64,000 bases of DNA, taken from contig OX597825.1 in the NCBI GenBank assembly GCA_951406725.2, positions 24,490,001 to 24,554,000 of the forward strand, in the 5' to 3' direction. The notes below the pieces were generated by a model. It worked only from the letters and a program-made list of their open reading frames with translations, searched no databases and was not told the DNA's origin. This document shows positions 23,630 to 37,437 of the stretch, in pieces; positions within the stretch are counted from its first letter, which is position 1, and each line of letters begins with the position of its first letter. The stretch comes from Octopus vulgaris (lineage: Eukaryota). The translations under genes and the position numbers were made by a program.

Positions 23630-24134
23630 ATCATCATTGCTTAACGTCCATTTTCCATGCTGGCATGGGTTGGACAGCTTGACAGGAGCTGGTAAACTGG
23701 AGGGCTGCACCTGGTTCCTTAGTCTATTTTGGCTTTGCTCCAATGACTGGCTACTTTTCTTTATGCTGACTCTTCTACAGAGTGTACTGGGTGTCTTTTT
23801 TGTGTCACCAGAACTGGCCAATTAATTAATTAATTAATTGATTAATTAAAATTGAGTCTTCTGAATTTAAAGCTGAGTGATTAAGGAGCTTGTTTCCCAG
23901 TGGCATGGTTTCAGGTTAAGATCCTGTGCATGGCACTTTGGGTAAATCTCTTCTACTGTAGCCATGGGGTCAACCAAATGATGTTTGAGTGTAATTGGTA
24001 GACATAAACTGAAAACAATGTTCTGCATATGTCTGTGTGTGCGTATGTGGCTGTGTGCGTGTGTGTGCGTATGTGCCTCTGTGTGTGTGCCTCTCTGTGT
24101 GTGTGTATGTGCCTCTGTAAGTGTATGTGTGTGC

Positions 24135-24184
<50 letters not shown>

Positions 24185-24334
24185 CTCTGTTTGCCTCTGT
24201 GTGTGTATGCCTATGTGTGTGTGTGTGTGTGCCTCTGTGTGTGTGTGCCTCTCTGTGTGTATGCCTCTATTTGCCTCTGCGTGTGTATGCCTATGTGTGT
24301 GTGTGTGCCTCTGTTTGCCTCTGTGTGTGTATGC

Positions 24335-24374
<40 letters not shown>

Positions 24375-24504
24375 TTGTATGTGTGTGTACCTTAGTGTCT
24401 GTATTCATCTCTCATCACTCCCAATTGATTATGGCCATGCTACGGCACCACCTTGAAGAATTTCTTTTAGTCAAATAGTTTAAATAAACCGACACCAGTA
24501 CAAT

Positions 24505-24848
24505 ATTTAAATATTTAGTACCTAAATATCCTAACTGTGCAGTGCTTAAATATAGAGTATTCAAATGCAGTGTTTAAACATACAGAAAGAAAAATATGCT
24601 GTCTTTTAGATGTGCAGTATTTAAATATATGGCATCTAAATGTGCAGCTGCTTAGTGCATACTGTTTAAATGAGCAGTGTTAAAATATATCATATGCGCA
24701 ATATTTAAATGTGCAGTGCGTAAAGGTGTTAACTGTGCATCGCTTAAGTACGTAGTGTGTTAAATGTGCAGTCTTTAGAAGTAGTGTTTAAATGTGCAGA
24801 GATAAAAGATGTGCAGTCTTTTATGCATTCACTGTTTGAATGCACAGA
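24505..24848. repeat. Degenerate ~16-bp minisatellite (tttaaatgtgcagtg-like)
   Basis: Repeated aaatgtgcag/gtgcag/tttaaa motifs at irregular spacing. Confidence 0.7.
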
Positions 24849-24932
24849 ACAATAGAGAGGAAAGAATTATTGATTAGATACATATGGGAAACATATTTTT
24901 CGTTTAAGTAAAGTTTTCCTTTTAATCAATTT

Positions 24933-24963
<31 letters not shown>

Positions 24964-25247
24964 CAGCAGAGATGGTATTACTGGTATTTCTCTATCTGTT
25001 ATAGTTTTTTAGTATCTATTGTGGTAGCGATATTTGTGATGATGTTGGCAGTGGTGGTGATGATGGTGGTGGTGGTGGTGTGTGTGCAGTGATGGTGTGT
25101 GATGTGGCAGCGGCCTGTGGTGTGTGGGGGTATGTTATGTGTGTAATAGTGTGTGTGATAGTATTGGATAAATATTAGAGACATTAGTGTGTGGGTTGGT
25201 ATTTACTCATTGTGATGGTCATTGTTAGAAAGGCAATATTTGAGATA

Positions 25248-25463
25248 TGAAGGCGGCAATCTAGCAGAAACATTAGCACACCGGGCGAAATGCTTAGTGG
25301 CATTTCGTCTGCTGTTATGTTTTGAGTTCAAATTTCGCTGAGGTCAACTTTGCCATTTATCCTTTGAAGGTCGATAAATTAAATACCAGTTGCATACAGG
25401 GGTTGATCTAGTCAAGTGGCCCACTTTCCCAAAATTTCAGGCCTTGGGCCTAGAGTAGAAAAG
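25248..25463 (+). mobile_element. SINE family B with 13-bp TSD
   Basis: TSD aatatttgagata at 25235-25247 and 25464-25476. Confidence 0.85.
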
Positions 25464-25620
25464 AATATTTGAGATAAGTTTCAGTAAGATGTTTACTTCA
25501 TGACCACCTCATTATATGTTCAGTCCCACTTTGCAACACCTTGGGTAAGTGCCACCTACTAGAAACCCAGGCCAGCAAAATGAGTTTGAATGAATTTGAT
25601 TGATAGAAACTGCACATATA

Positions 25621-26477
25621 TATAAGGTGTGATGGGTAAATTTATATTATTTGATTTCGCACAAGCACATTGTTTGTTTTTGAATTTTTTTTTAGTACAG
25701 TAGGGTCAGTTGGGCACCATATGTCAGAAAAACAGCACCATGATGCAATTCACTCTGCCAGAAATTTGGAAATGACATGCTGTACTGCTTGGCATTCAAG
25801 CTGCAATACAGACATTTCAGAGTGCTTGGGTGTCAATCTGAGGTAAGCACAATCTGAGGATATGTACAGAGAGTGATAAAAATCAAATATCCAGTCAACA
25901 TCCTAGTGTTTGGAGTGATCACTAGCCATGGTGACATTATGCCTCCGTTCATCTTCCCACACATGGAGACCTACATTAAGTGCCTGGAGGAAGTAGTACT
26001 GCCCTGGGTGAAAAGGGTGGCTGCTGGAAGACCCTATATCTAGCAACAGAACTCTGCACCATGCCACACAGGCAGGAGAACCCAGTAATGCCTGTCAAAG
26101 AATTTCTGTGCCCGCACCACCTCTAACCTCTAGCCACCTAACTCCCCAGACTGCAATCCCCTTGATTGTTTTGTGTAGGGTGCAGTTGAGCGAGAGACCA
26201 ATAAAACTCTTTGTAACAACAAAGATGAACTAAAGGCAAGGATTACGGCAGCATTCAGCAACTTAGACAAGGAGACCGTCCAGAAGAGTTGCAAGAGATT
26301 TTGAAGTCGTCTGGAGGCCATGGTTGAAGCCAATGGTGATTTCATTGAATAAATTTACACTTTAGTATTTCAAGATACTTTTATGTAATTTTCGTAAATA
26401 TATCCGTTAAAATGAGATGTCAGTACTAATTTAATATCTGCGTAATTTAGACAGCAATACATTCACCACATTCTGTA
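25621..26477 (+). mobile_element. Internally deleted Tc1/mariner element of the DD37D (maT) family, pseudogenised
   Basis: VFGVITSHGDIMPPFIF...QQ(N)SAPCHT...PPNSPDCNPLD with 37 residues between the second and third catalytic positions; ends RLEAMVEANGDFIE*; degenerate TIRs in TA context; several stops. Confidence 0.85.
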
Positions 26478-26526
26478 TATATGTATAATTTGGTCGAGAG
26501 AAACTGTCCATCATATATATAGATAG

Positions 26527-26601
<75 letters not shown>

Positions 26602-26811
26602 CAGACAGATAAATTGATAGATAGAATTAGAGAGATTTGTTGTGTAAGGCTGGAACAATGTGAGAAGGTACAAAGTGAACTACAAAAAGAAGAGAAAAGA
26701 AAACTAAGTGGCAGTTTTACCCTATATTTCTATATTTTGGGGTACGGACCCCTTCTTTAGGACAATTGGAAAAGTAGTGGTTGGAGAAAAAAAAAAATAT
26801 ATATATATATT

Positions 26812-27200
26812 ATCATCATCATCATCATCATTTAATGTCCATTTTCAATGCTGGCATGGGTTGGATGGTTTGACCAAGGCTGGCACATTGGAAGGCTGCA
26901 CCAGGCTGCAGTCTAATTTGGCATGGTTTTTTATGGCTGGGTGCCCTTCCTAATGCCAACCACTCCGAGAGTTTAATGGGTGCTTTTATGTGCCACTGGC
27001 ATGGGTGCCATTTGCGTGACACTGGTAGCTGGCACAACTGGTTTTGCTTGTCTTGATGGGTCTTCTTCTCATGCATGACATGATGCCAAAGGTTTTGGTC
27101 ATTGCCTCCATGAGACCCAACACTCAAAAGGAACTCAGCCACTTTGTCTCTGTGAGACCAAATGCTCAAAAGGAACTCAGACACTCTGCTTCCATGAGGC
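26812..27200 (-). mobile_element. RTE-type 3'UTR fragment with (GAT)n tail
   Basis: (cat)n ttaatgtccattttcaatgctggcatgggttgga...gcccttcctaatgccaaccac. Confidence 0.8.
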
Positions 27201-27505
27201 ACAGAATATCAATATTAATACTAATAATATTGGTATTAGGAAGGGCATCCAGCAATAAAAACTATGTCAAAGAGGACATTGGACCTCAATACAGTTTCTG
27301 GACACGTTGGATCCTGTCAAACCATCCAACCCATGACAGCATGGAATATGGCCATTAAATAATGATGGTGATGGTGTGGTGGTGGTGGTGGTGGTGGTTG
27401 TGAATATCAGAAATATGATAAATTCATAACAGGTATATACATGTAGAAAATATGTATGGGATCTCCTACCTGTAATTCCTTGGACAAAAATTCAAAAATA
27501 ATATG

Positions 27506-27682
27506 GAGGTGCAGGAGTGGCTGTGTGGTATGAAGCTTGCTTCCTAGCCACATAATTTCAGGTTCAGTCCCACTGTGTGGCACCTTGGGCAAGTGTCTTC
27601 TACTATAGCCTCGGGCCAGCAGAAGCCTTGTGAGTGGATTTTGTAGATGGAAACTGAAAGAAGCCCATTGTAGATATATGTT

Positions 27683-27716
<34 letters not shown>

Positions 27717-27754
27717 TGTATGTATGTATGTATGTATGTATGTATGTATGTATG

Positions 27755-27851
<97 letters not shown>

Positions 27852-28080
27852 GTCTGTCTATCTATCTATCTATGTGTCTGTGTGTGTGCATATATGTCAG
27901 TGTTTGTCCTCCCACTATTGTTTGACAACCGATGTTGATGTGCTTACATTCCTGTAACTTAGCATTTTGGCAGAAGACACCAATAGAATAAGTACTAGGC
28001 TTACAAAGAATCAGTCCTAGAGCCGATTTGTTCGACTAAAGGCTGTGCCTCAGCATGGCCACAGTCAAACAAAAGTAAAA
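27506..28080 (+). mobile_element. SINE family A with an expanded (TATG)n(TATC)n middle
   Basis: Head and tail homologous to family A; middle replaced by tetranucleotide arrays at ~27686-27870. Confidence 0.9.
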
Positions 28081-28803
28081 AAATTAACCTAAGGCAGTGA
28101 CCTAGAATGGCTGCTGTCCAATGACTTGAACTCGTTAAAGATAAAAACTAAACTACATAGACAGACAGACAGGCAGACAGATAGACAGAGAGATATGTGC
28201 TTGACATCTACGCTGAGTCTCAAGTTGTCTAGAGTCTCAAGTTGTCACAAGCCTCTTACAAGAAATTGAGTAGAGGGAAAAACTGCAAGAGATACAGAGA
28301 CTGTATGCCTGTAATTCTCGAGGTCAGCATTACTAGATACAAGTGTCATTGGAATACTCAGCCACATGTACAATAATGCTATGAGTAGGCAGTTCATTTG
28401 TTTAAATAGTTTGAACAGCTTGGATACTTAGAAGCAAAACCTGAGATCCATTTATTTTCACTATTTAAGTGTGGGTGTATGTGTGTGTATGAATATATAT
28501 ATAGACATATATTCATATGCACACATTAATATATGAATATACATTTGTGTGTGTGTGAGTATACATGTTTGTGTATGTATATATAATAACATAGATATAT
28601 GTATACACACTTGAAAGCCATTTATGCATATGTTAGTATATTTATACACATACATACACACACACACGTGTACATGTGTATGTGCGTGTGCATATGTATA
28701 TTATATGTATATGTACGCACACATACACACACATGTGTGTATGTGTGTGTACATATGTAATATATATATAAATATATATATTACATATATATATGTATAT
28801 ATA

Positions 28804-28922
<119 letters not shown>

Positions 28923-29479
28923 CATGCACACACACAGATAGAAAGAGAAAGACTCATACGTATGTATACAGACACACATACATGCATACATGCATCTATA
29001 CATACACTCAGACACAGACATACAGCTATAAATATCAATACCAATAAATACAGATACTAATAAAAAACGTGCGTACCTATGTACAAGTAGGAACGTATAT
29101 ACACGTTTCTATGCACATAAGTATTTATGTATGTATGTATGCACACCCATTATTTATGTGCATACGTATTTCCTATAAGCATAAAGACATATATGCATAC
29201 ACACTGCAGTGAAAACTGCATTAATACTTCAGCAACTGATATGCATCCAATTAATGCATGTTGCATGAAGTAAAGTTATTATTAAGTGGCTTTTCTAAAA
29301 TAACTTTAAGCAGGTCCTGGCCATAAATTGCTGAGCATTATGCTAAGTACTAATAGAGGCGGGGGTAGTGGGGGGTGGGGAATAAAAAAATATTAAAGAA
29401 AAAAAAAGAGGGGAAAAAAAGAAAAACGTTGCTTCTGTAAAATAGAAATTGATGTCTTTTGTTGCCATTGATGGTGCTG

Positions 29480-29965
29480 AAGAAGAAATGGTGATGGCTG
29501 TGGCGGCAGCGGCGGTGGTGGTGATTGCAGTGGTTGTTGTTGTGGTGATGGCGGTGGTGGTGGTGGTGGTGGTGGTGGTGGTGGTGGTGGTGGTGGTGGT
29601 GGTGGTATAGGCAGCCGTGGTATTGGTGCAGTGACGCTAATAATGGTGGTGGTGGTGGTGGTGGCAGAAGTGGTATTGGTGCATGGTGCCAGTACTGATG
29701 GTAGTGGTGATGGTGGTGGTGGTGGTGGTGGCAGCAGCGGCAGGGGCAGTGGTTCAGCAGTGCCAGTGATGGTGGTAATGGTGGTGGTAGCGGTGGTGGT
29801 GGAGGTAGCAGTGGTGGTGGTGATGGTGGTGATGGTGGTGATAGAGGCAGTGGTGGTGATGGCGTTGGTAGTAATGGTGGTGATGGCATTGGTGATGGCG
29901 TTGGTGATGGTGGAGGTGGTGGTGGTGGTGGTGGTGGTGGTGGTGGTGGCAGTGGTGGTGGTAGT
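29480..29965. repeat. (GGT)n-rich low-complexity tract
   Basis: Direct reading. Confidence 0.95.
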
Positions 29966-30107
29966 AAATGGAATAATGATTGCAGACATTTGTTCTGGTA
30001 GTATTTGTTGTTGTTGTTGTTGTTATTTGCTTTTGTTGTTCTTGTTGATTAAATGTAAATGGATTAAATCTCTGTAAAGAAGAATATATCAGTAGATTTA
30101 TTCTTAT

Positions 30108-30154
<47 letters not shown>

Positions 30155-30211
30155 TACCTATATATTCATCATATATTTGTATCAGTCTATATATATATGT
30201 ATACATGCATG

Positions 30212-30252
<41 letters not shown>

Positions 30253-30730
30253 CTGTGCACGTGTATGTATCGGTGAACATGTGTGATTAAGTATGCAGCT
30301 CACCACCACCACCACCATCACCACCACCACCACTACCACTACCACCACCACCACCACCACCACTACCATCACCACCACCACCACCGTCAGCATCATCGTC
30401 ATCATTGTTCCATCGTACATTATTCCTGCAGACATCTTCCCATAGGTTAGACAAGTTTCATATGGAACATAATATTCCCAGTCATTTAAAAATTCCGACA
30501 GCTTCTCCATGAAACCCACCATTCTTAGATATAACTTCACATATAAATTCACGTACACACCACAACACACACACACACACAAACACGCACACACATATTC
30601 ATATACAGCTTACCACAGATGCATTCTGCATATGTACACATAACATGCATAATTGCAAATACGTATAACTGCACACCATGCATACATGCAATTGCATTTA
30701 TATATCATTTATTTATTATTTATTGTTTGT

Positions 30731-30897
30731 AGGTGCAAGCATGGCTGTGTGGTAGTTAGAAGCTTGCTTCCAAAGCACATGGTTCTGGGTTCAGTCCCAC
30801 TGCATGGCACCTTGGGCAAGTTCCTTCTACTATAGCCTCATGCTAACCAAAGCCTTGTGAGTGGATTTGGTAGACAGAAACTGAATGAAACCCATTG

Positions 30898-30932
<35 letters not shown>

Positions 30933-30957
30933 GCATATATATATATGTATATATGTA

Positions 30958-31021
<64 letters not shown>

Positions 31022-31240
31022 CATATATGTGTGTGTGTTTGTGTGTCTGTATTTGTTCCACCACCATCACTTGACAACTGAAGCTGGTGTGTTTACTTCC
31101 CCGTAATGTAGCAGTTTGGCAAAAGAGACCAATAGAATAAGTACTAGGTTGACAAAGAATCAGTCCTGGGTTCGATTTGTTTGACAAAAGGTGGTGCTCC
31201 AGCATGGCCACAGTCAAATGACTAATAGACATAAAAGAAT
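30731..31240 (+). mobile_element. SINE family A
   Basis: Colinear with the family consensus seen in the window. Confidence 0.9.
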
Positions 31241-31439
31241 GAGAGTATACAAATTTGTAATTGTATAGACTTATCTGCGTTTATGTATGCGTTTTTTCAT
31301 TTACAAGTGGGTCACAAGTGAAGAGGCAGTGATTATCGTATTTGTAAACCTTTATAAGAATAGTGGAATCAATGTGGCTGTTGATTGATTTGAATATCTA
31401 TTGATTGGTCAGTATCTGTCTTTCATTGGTGTAAAGTTG

Positions 31440-31647
31440 TTAGGCTTGGACCATGCTGAAGCATCACCTTGAGAAACTTTAGTTGAATTAATCAAAGCCA
31501 GTACTTATTTTTTTTAAAGCTTTATACTGATTCTGTTGGTCTCTTTTGCCAAACTGGTAAGTTATGGGGGCATAAATACACAATCACCAATTGTCATGCA
31601 GAGGGTGAGAGCAAACACACACACACATGCATATATATATACACAAA

Positions 31648-31692
<45 letters not shown>

Positions 31693-31890
31693 ATGTTTGT
31701 GTGTATATATATATATATATATATGCAATGGGCTTCTTTCAGTTTCTGTCTATGAAGTCCACTCACAAAGCTTTGGTCAGCCCACAACCCAAGGATTTAG
31801 TAGAAGCCACTTGCCCAAGGTACCTTGTAGTGAGACTGAACTTGAAACTATGTGGTTGGGAAGCAAATGTCTTACAACACAGCCATGTCT
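31440..31890 (-). mobile_element. SINE family A, degenerate, inverted relative to 30731-31240
   Basis: ggcttctttcagtttctgtc...cttgcccaaggtacc...cacagccatg. Confidence 0.8.
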
Positions 31891-32049
31891 AAAACTATAG
31901 GAGTGAAATTTTAATAAAAATCTATGCTAAGAAAGACTCATGAGAGAAAAGCAGTTCTTGGAAAGAAGGAATGGCTGAAGCTTCTAATGTAGAATCAGCA
32001 GTAAACAACAGGATGAAAGACTGCATGTTTTGAAGCCATCCAAGCACAA

Positions 32050-32300
32050 CATACATTCCAAGAGTTTTGAGACTTTTTCAGAAGTGGTGTTTATTAATTT
32101 CAAAAAAATACAAAACCCTTATCTCCCTCGAAGTAAGATCCTCTGACTTCAATGCATCTGTTGCAGCACTCCAACCATTTTGTGAAGGACCTGTGGAAGT
32201 CCTCGAAGGTGAACATGTCCAGGGCCCATGTCACAGCCTCCTTCATCTTCTCAGTGTCTTCAAAACAACTGTCCCTGAAGTTCTCTTCCAGCTTGGGGAC
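32050..32300 (-). mobile_element. Mariner transposase C-terminal relic
   Basis: PKLEENFRDSCFEDTEKMKEAVTW...KWLECCNRCIEVRGSYFEGD resembles the mariner C-terminus (W..C....G.YFE). Confidence 0.75.
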
Positions 32301-33567
32301 TGTAGGGAGGGTGAGGTACAATTTTGATGTCCATATCTGTCAAACAGTTGGTTACCAGGATGGAATTTGCATTCGTGTGTGTGTGCACGTGTGTGTGTGC
32401 ATGTGTGTGTGTGTGTGTGTGTATTTAGTATATGCCCAGTGTGCAAGTATATGGCTTTGTATATTACACTGTTTGTACCTGTATTATTGTTATATCGCAA
32501 AACTACACAGTGACTGTGTGAGCTATGAAATCCTCATCACTTCTGTTATATCACACGTTTGGTTGACCTCTGCTCAACTCCTCGACGTCTAGACTTCTCC
32601 CTCTATATCTACGTATTGGGCTAGCCTATTTCAACATCTGGGGGCGTTGACACAACAGTTGACTATATCATTTTTCCATGAATGACTTTCAGAAATTTCA
32701 ATGTCCATCATCTATGGTTAGGTTAATGATTTTAACTGTAGCTGATTGGGTGGGTGAGATGGAAGGCCATTTCTTTCTCATAAGTAGCAATTTTCTTTGT
32801 AGTTTCTTTTCAAAGTTTCAGTTAACATTGGCATGGCTCACTCCATATGCTACTGTCTTTAATGGTGTGGCTACTGATATATCAACTTACAAAGTTTCCA
32901 ATGTCTCCTAGTGATAGTTTATTTTTCTTGTTGTAGCAATTAATTAATTGAAGATTGAAGACTTCTCCATTAGCAGACTTCCCAGAGGTAATTTGTCAAG
33001 GGACACCAGAGCACAATTTATTTAGCTGCTTTACCATTTATGTTGGAATCTAATAATTATTTCTTCTTTCCCCAAGATACAATGCCGAAATTTATTTCGT
33101 TTTAACATTAAAAGATGACATTACATTTTGTATCAGTATAATATCTTTATATAATTGATATATTTACAAATGAAAGTTATAAATGATATCAATAAGAAGA
33201 AATATAATTATCGTTATCATCAACATTTAATGTTCATGTTCCATGCTGGTAAGAGAAGGATGGTTTGATAGGATCTGATGTGTTCAAGGGCTGTATCAAT
33301 GTCTGTTTTGGTATGGGTTCTATGACTGGATGCCCTTCCTAATGCCAACCACTTTACTGTGTAGACTGGATGCTTCTTATGTGCCATTTGCACTGTTGAG
33401 GTTGTCCTGCAACAAACCTTGGGAAGGTGAGGGTGAGCTACATGGTTGGGGAGGAAGGGATTGAACTATGAGAAGCAGGGGTAACAGTGCAGGTTCTTGT
33501 CAAGGATCTGAATGGCTACTCACATACAGAGCAGGGTTTTAATTGATATCATCATCATCATCATCAT

Positions 33568-33972
33568 AGGTGCAGGAGTGGCTGTGTGGTAAGTAGCTAG
33601 CTTACCAACCACATGGTTCTGGGTCCAGTCCCACTGCGTGGCACCTTGGGCAAGTGTCTTCTACTATAGCCTCGGGTCGACCAAAGCCTTGTGAGTGAAT
33701 TTGGTAGATGGAAACTGAAAGAAACCCGTCATATATGTGTGTATATATATATATATATGTTTGTGTGTCAGTGTTTGTTTCCCCAGCATTGTTTGACAAC
33801 CGATGGTGGTGTGTTTGCGTCCCCATAACTTAGCGGTTCGGCATAAGAGACTGATAGAATAAGTACTAGGCTTACAAAGAATAAGTCCTGGGGTCGATTT
33901 TTTTTACTAAAGGCGGTGCTCCAGCATAGCCACAATCAAATGACTGAAACAAGTAAAAGAGTAAAAGAGTAA
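33568..33972 (+). mobile_element. SINE family A inserted in a (CAT)n tract
   Basis: Full-length homology; (CAT)n on both sides. Confidence 0.95.
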
Positions 33973-34241
33973 AAAAAAATCATCACTGTCATCATCATCA
34001 TCATCATTGTCATCGTATTTATGTCCACTTTTCCATGGTAGCATGGATTGGAGAGGACACTTGCAGTTTTATTTAATAGTTAGATGCTCTACCTGATGTC
34101 AGCTCTTTTAGCCATTTCTTATGAAATACACTGTTTTGATCAAGAAACTGAGATGGTTATAATTGCTTCATTAATAAGACAATTGTGTTTACATATTTAT
34201 TTTTCCAGACTCTTGATTTGAAAGTGTTTGTGGAAACAGAT

Positions 34242-34302
<61 letters not shown>

Positions 34303-34909
34303 GTAAGTGAAGATCAAATAAACAGTCCGTATGTTTATTGGCAAAATGACCGTCCCCAAATATATCAATATAAAACAATATTATATCTTTTTTTTTAGAT
34401 GTATATTTATAAGCAAATGTTACAATCTGCATATTCCTAAAGAAGTGTTATAATGGATCATTATTATCATTTTTATATAGCAATATTATAAATATTACTT
34501 TCATATGAAAATATTGCAAATATTGTGGTTTATATATTTTTAGAGTTGTGCTATAATCTGCATTATTGCTATAATTGACATATTTATTAAATAGCTCTTT
34601 GTTCGTATTTCTCTGGTCCTCAATCTTTTTAGTCTTTGTGATGCTCTGGCGATCAAATAGAAAAAATAAATTGTGCCACACTTCACATGAAAAATGAAAA
34701 GAAAATCTGTTTTAATATCAAAAATATAAAACAAAATGCTGAAAATCATTGCTTAACAAAAATGATAAGCAAATGCTTTTACAAAATGTTCAAGTATGAC
34801 TAGAAATTTTCTAAAGACTAAAAGTATATTTTTAAATATCTGCGACACACCTAGATACCACCTGTTGCACACCAATACACTGCAGTGCACCATTCCAGAC
34901 TCACTGATG

Positions 34910-35408
34910 TCGAAATCAAACTCGGTGACTGGCATCCGTTGCTAGTGGAGTGCTAAGAATACCATACAAGTGAGATCGTTGCCAGAGCAACAAGCTGGCC
35001 TTCGTGCCGATGGCACGTTAAACACACCATTCGAGTGTGATTGTTACCGCGCTGCCTTACTAGCACTTGTGCTGGTAGCATGTGAAACATTCGAGCGAGG
35101 TCGTTGCCAGTTCCGCTAGACTGACTCCTGTGCAGGTGGCACATAAAAAGCACCATTTGGGCGTAGCCGTTGCCAGTACCACCAAACTGGCCCTCGTGCC
35201 GGTGGCACGTAAAAGCGCCCATAACACACTCTCGGAGTGGTTGGCGTTAGGAAGGGCATCCAACTGTAGAAACTCTGCTAGATCAGACTGGAGCCTGTTG
35301 CAGCTATCTGATTCGCCAGACCTCAGTCAAATCGTCCAACCCATGCTAGCATGGAAAGCGGACGTTAAACGATGATGATGATGATGATGATAATGATGAT
35401 GATGATGA
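34910..35408 (+). mobile_element. RTE-type 3'UTR fragment with internal ~60-bp repeats and (GAT)n tail
   Basis: Repeated gttgccag...ggtggcacgtaaaa units, then gtggttggcgttaggaagggcatcc...ggaaagcggacgttaaacgatgatgat. Confidence 0.85.
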
Positions 35409-36994
35409 GGATTTCTGTTTGATAGTATCCCAAATCAGTAATTATTTAGAAATATGCTGAGAGGTTTTACACATCTCATTTGTAATGTCCTCCACATGTT
35501 TTAATCACACAACACCTTAAGCAAGTATCTTCACATTTTCACAACAAATTCAATTACATTTTGTTGCTTATTGAAGAAGGTTTTTTTAATGTAGCCTTAA
35601 TAGGTAATAATTAATTCAATGTTTTATTTCGCATCTCACTTTTCTTTCCAATTTATCTCTCTATTTTTTTTTACTCTTCTTGTCTCTTTCTCTCTTTCGG
35701 ACAAAGGAATTACATCCAAAGCGTCATGTTTTTCATCTTGTTATTTTCATGTTCTTTGTTTTTCTTTTTGATTCCATACATAGCTGCATTTCTAAACTGG
35801 AAGCTCAATTCTTATGCATTTATTTATTGTTTTTCTTTTTTTTTTTACATGCGTGCAGTTTTTTTTTTAGCTTAGTTTGATATCTCAAGAAAAGAATTAT
35901 TCAAGCATTCAAGCAATTTATTTTTTTTAGATTTTTTAACCTTTTAAATCACTGTCTATACTTTCTGGCAAAAGAAGGCATTTGATTGGTCAAACTTGTT
36001 ACTGTCATTTGCATTGAAGGAATATTTATTTTCATTAGACACCACTTTGGTTCGTTGTATATTGACTGTTCTGCTATGACATCAAACAGAAACCAAACTC
36101 AAACTGTCAGCAGCATCACAACCATGACAGGTGGCTGTTAGTTCTTTAAAAATCTTCCCTGTATTAGAGAGGGTTTGAAATAAATTGAATTTGCTCTTAA
36201 CATCAAAAGCTCGGTGATCAACGTCTGCTAAGATCAAATTAGTTCAATTAACGTTCGTATACTTTTATATTTATACTGTTTGTTTTTGTTCTTTTTTTTT
36301 GTATTTGATTGGCAGTTTACTGTTGATTAAAAAATTCTGTGTTAGTTTTATTACATACCAAAAAAGATAATAGTTAATTTTATGTTTTTAACGCTGTTAG
36401 TTATTGATCAAGAATGGAGGTTTCAACTCAAGATGTTTTACACCATTTATTTTTATAATTTTAAAACTGAAATTGATAAAATGAATATTTTCATTAACGG
36501 AAAGTGCGGAAAGAACAAAATTATATTTAAAAAAATTAATAACCAAACACGAATTAAAAATGCTATTTAAAAGCCAAACACTAAACTTCAGCATTATTGG
36601 AATCATAACCATTATTAATAACACCATCATCACTACTAACAACAATATCATGAACTAAGCTCAAAGAAGAAGCTTTTGCATGGTGTTTCTATCTGTTAGA
36701 GATAACAACTGAACATTCATCAACTCACACTCAGGCATCTTACTTTTAATAGAAGGACACTTTTAATAGTGTAGTCCTAAATACACAATTACTTCATTGC
36801 AAATCACCTCCAAACAAGGCCTTTTAATCACTTCTAGAGAGTAGCACTATTGTCAGAAACTCTCCCTCTCTCTTTCGTTTTCCCCTTGTATATCATCATC
36901 ATCATCATCGTTTAAGGTCTGTTTTCCATGCTGGCATGGGTTGGAGTTTGACTGAAAACTAGTAAGTTGGGGAGCTGCACCAGGTTCCAATCTG

Positions 36995-37047
<53 letters not shown>

Positions 37048-37050
<3 letters not shown>

Positions 37051-37151
37051 TCATAAATAAGGGCAAATGAAAAACTTTCTAATGCCACATATGCCAATTT
37101 CTCGGCATATTTGGCATTAGAAATTTTTTCGTTTGCCCTTATTTATGAATT
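37048..37151. repeat. Near-perfect palindrome (48-bp arms, 8-nt loop)
   Basis: Arms 37048-37095 and 37104-37151 have 3 mismatches; lies within a (TA)n-flanked insert. Confidence 0.95.
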
Positions 37152-37264
37152 GTTTATAAATTTAACCTTTAAAGGTATTTTTTAATATGCTGGCCATTGA
37201 TAAAATTTTTTTTTCAAAAAAAATTTTATCCTACATTAGATATATATATATATATATATATATA

Positions 37265-37437
37265 CTAGCTTAAGGTGACCCCCTCTTCACATGGGTGAGG
37301 ATGCAGTTGTTACTTTCTGTTTGTTATCGCCACATTCTCCCTTTTTGTTTCTCTCTCCTTTCTCTCTCACTTTCCCACTCTCTTACTTTCTATCTTTCTC
37401 TATCTCTCTCTCTCCCATTTATAAAGAACAAAAGATC
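37265..37437 (-). mobile_element. Possible short Helitron-like element
   Basis: Minus strand ends acccatgtgaagagggggtcaccttaagCTAG|T; possible A|TC start at 37437. Confidence 0.4.
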
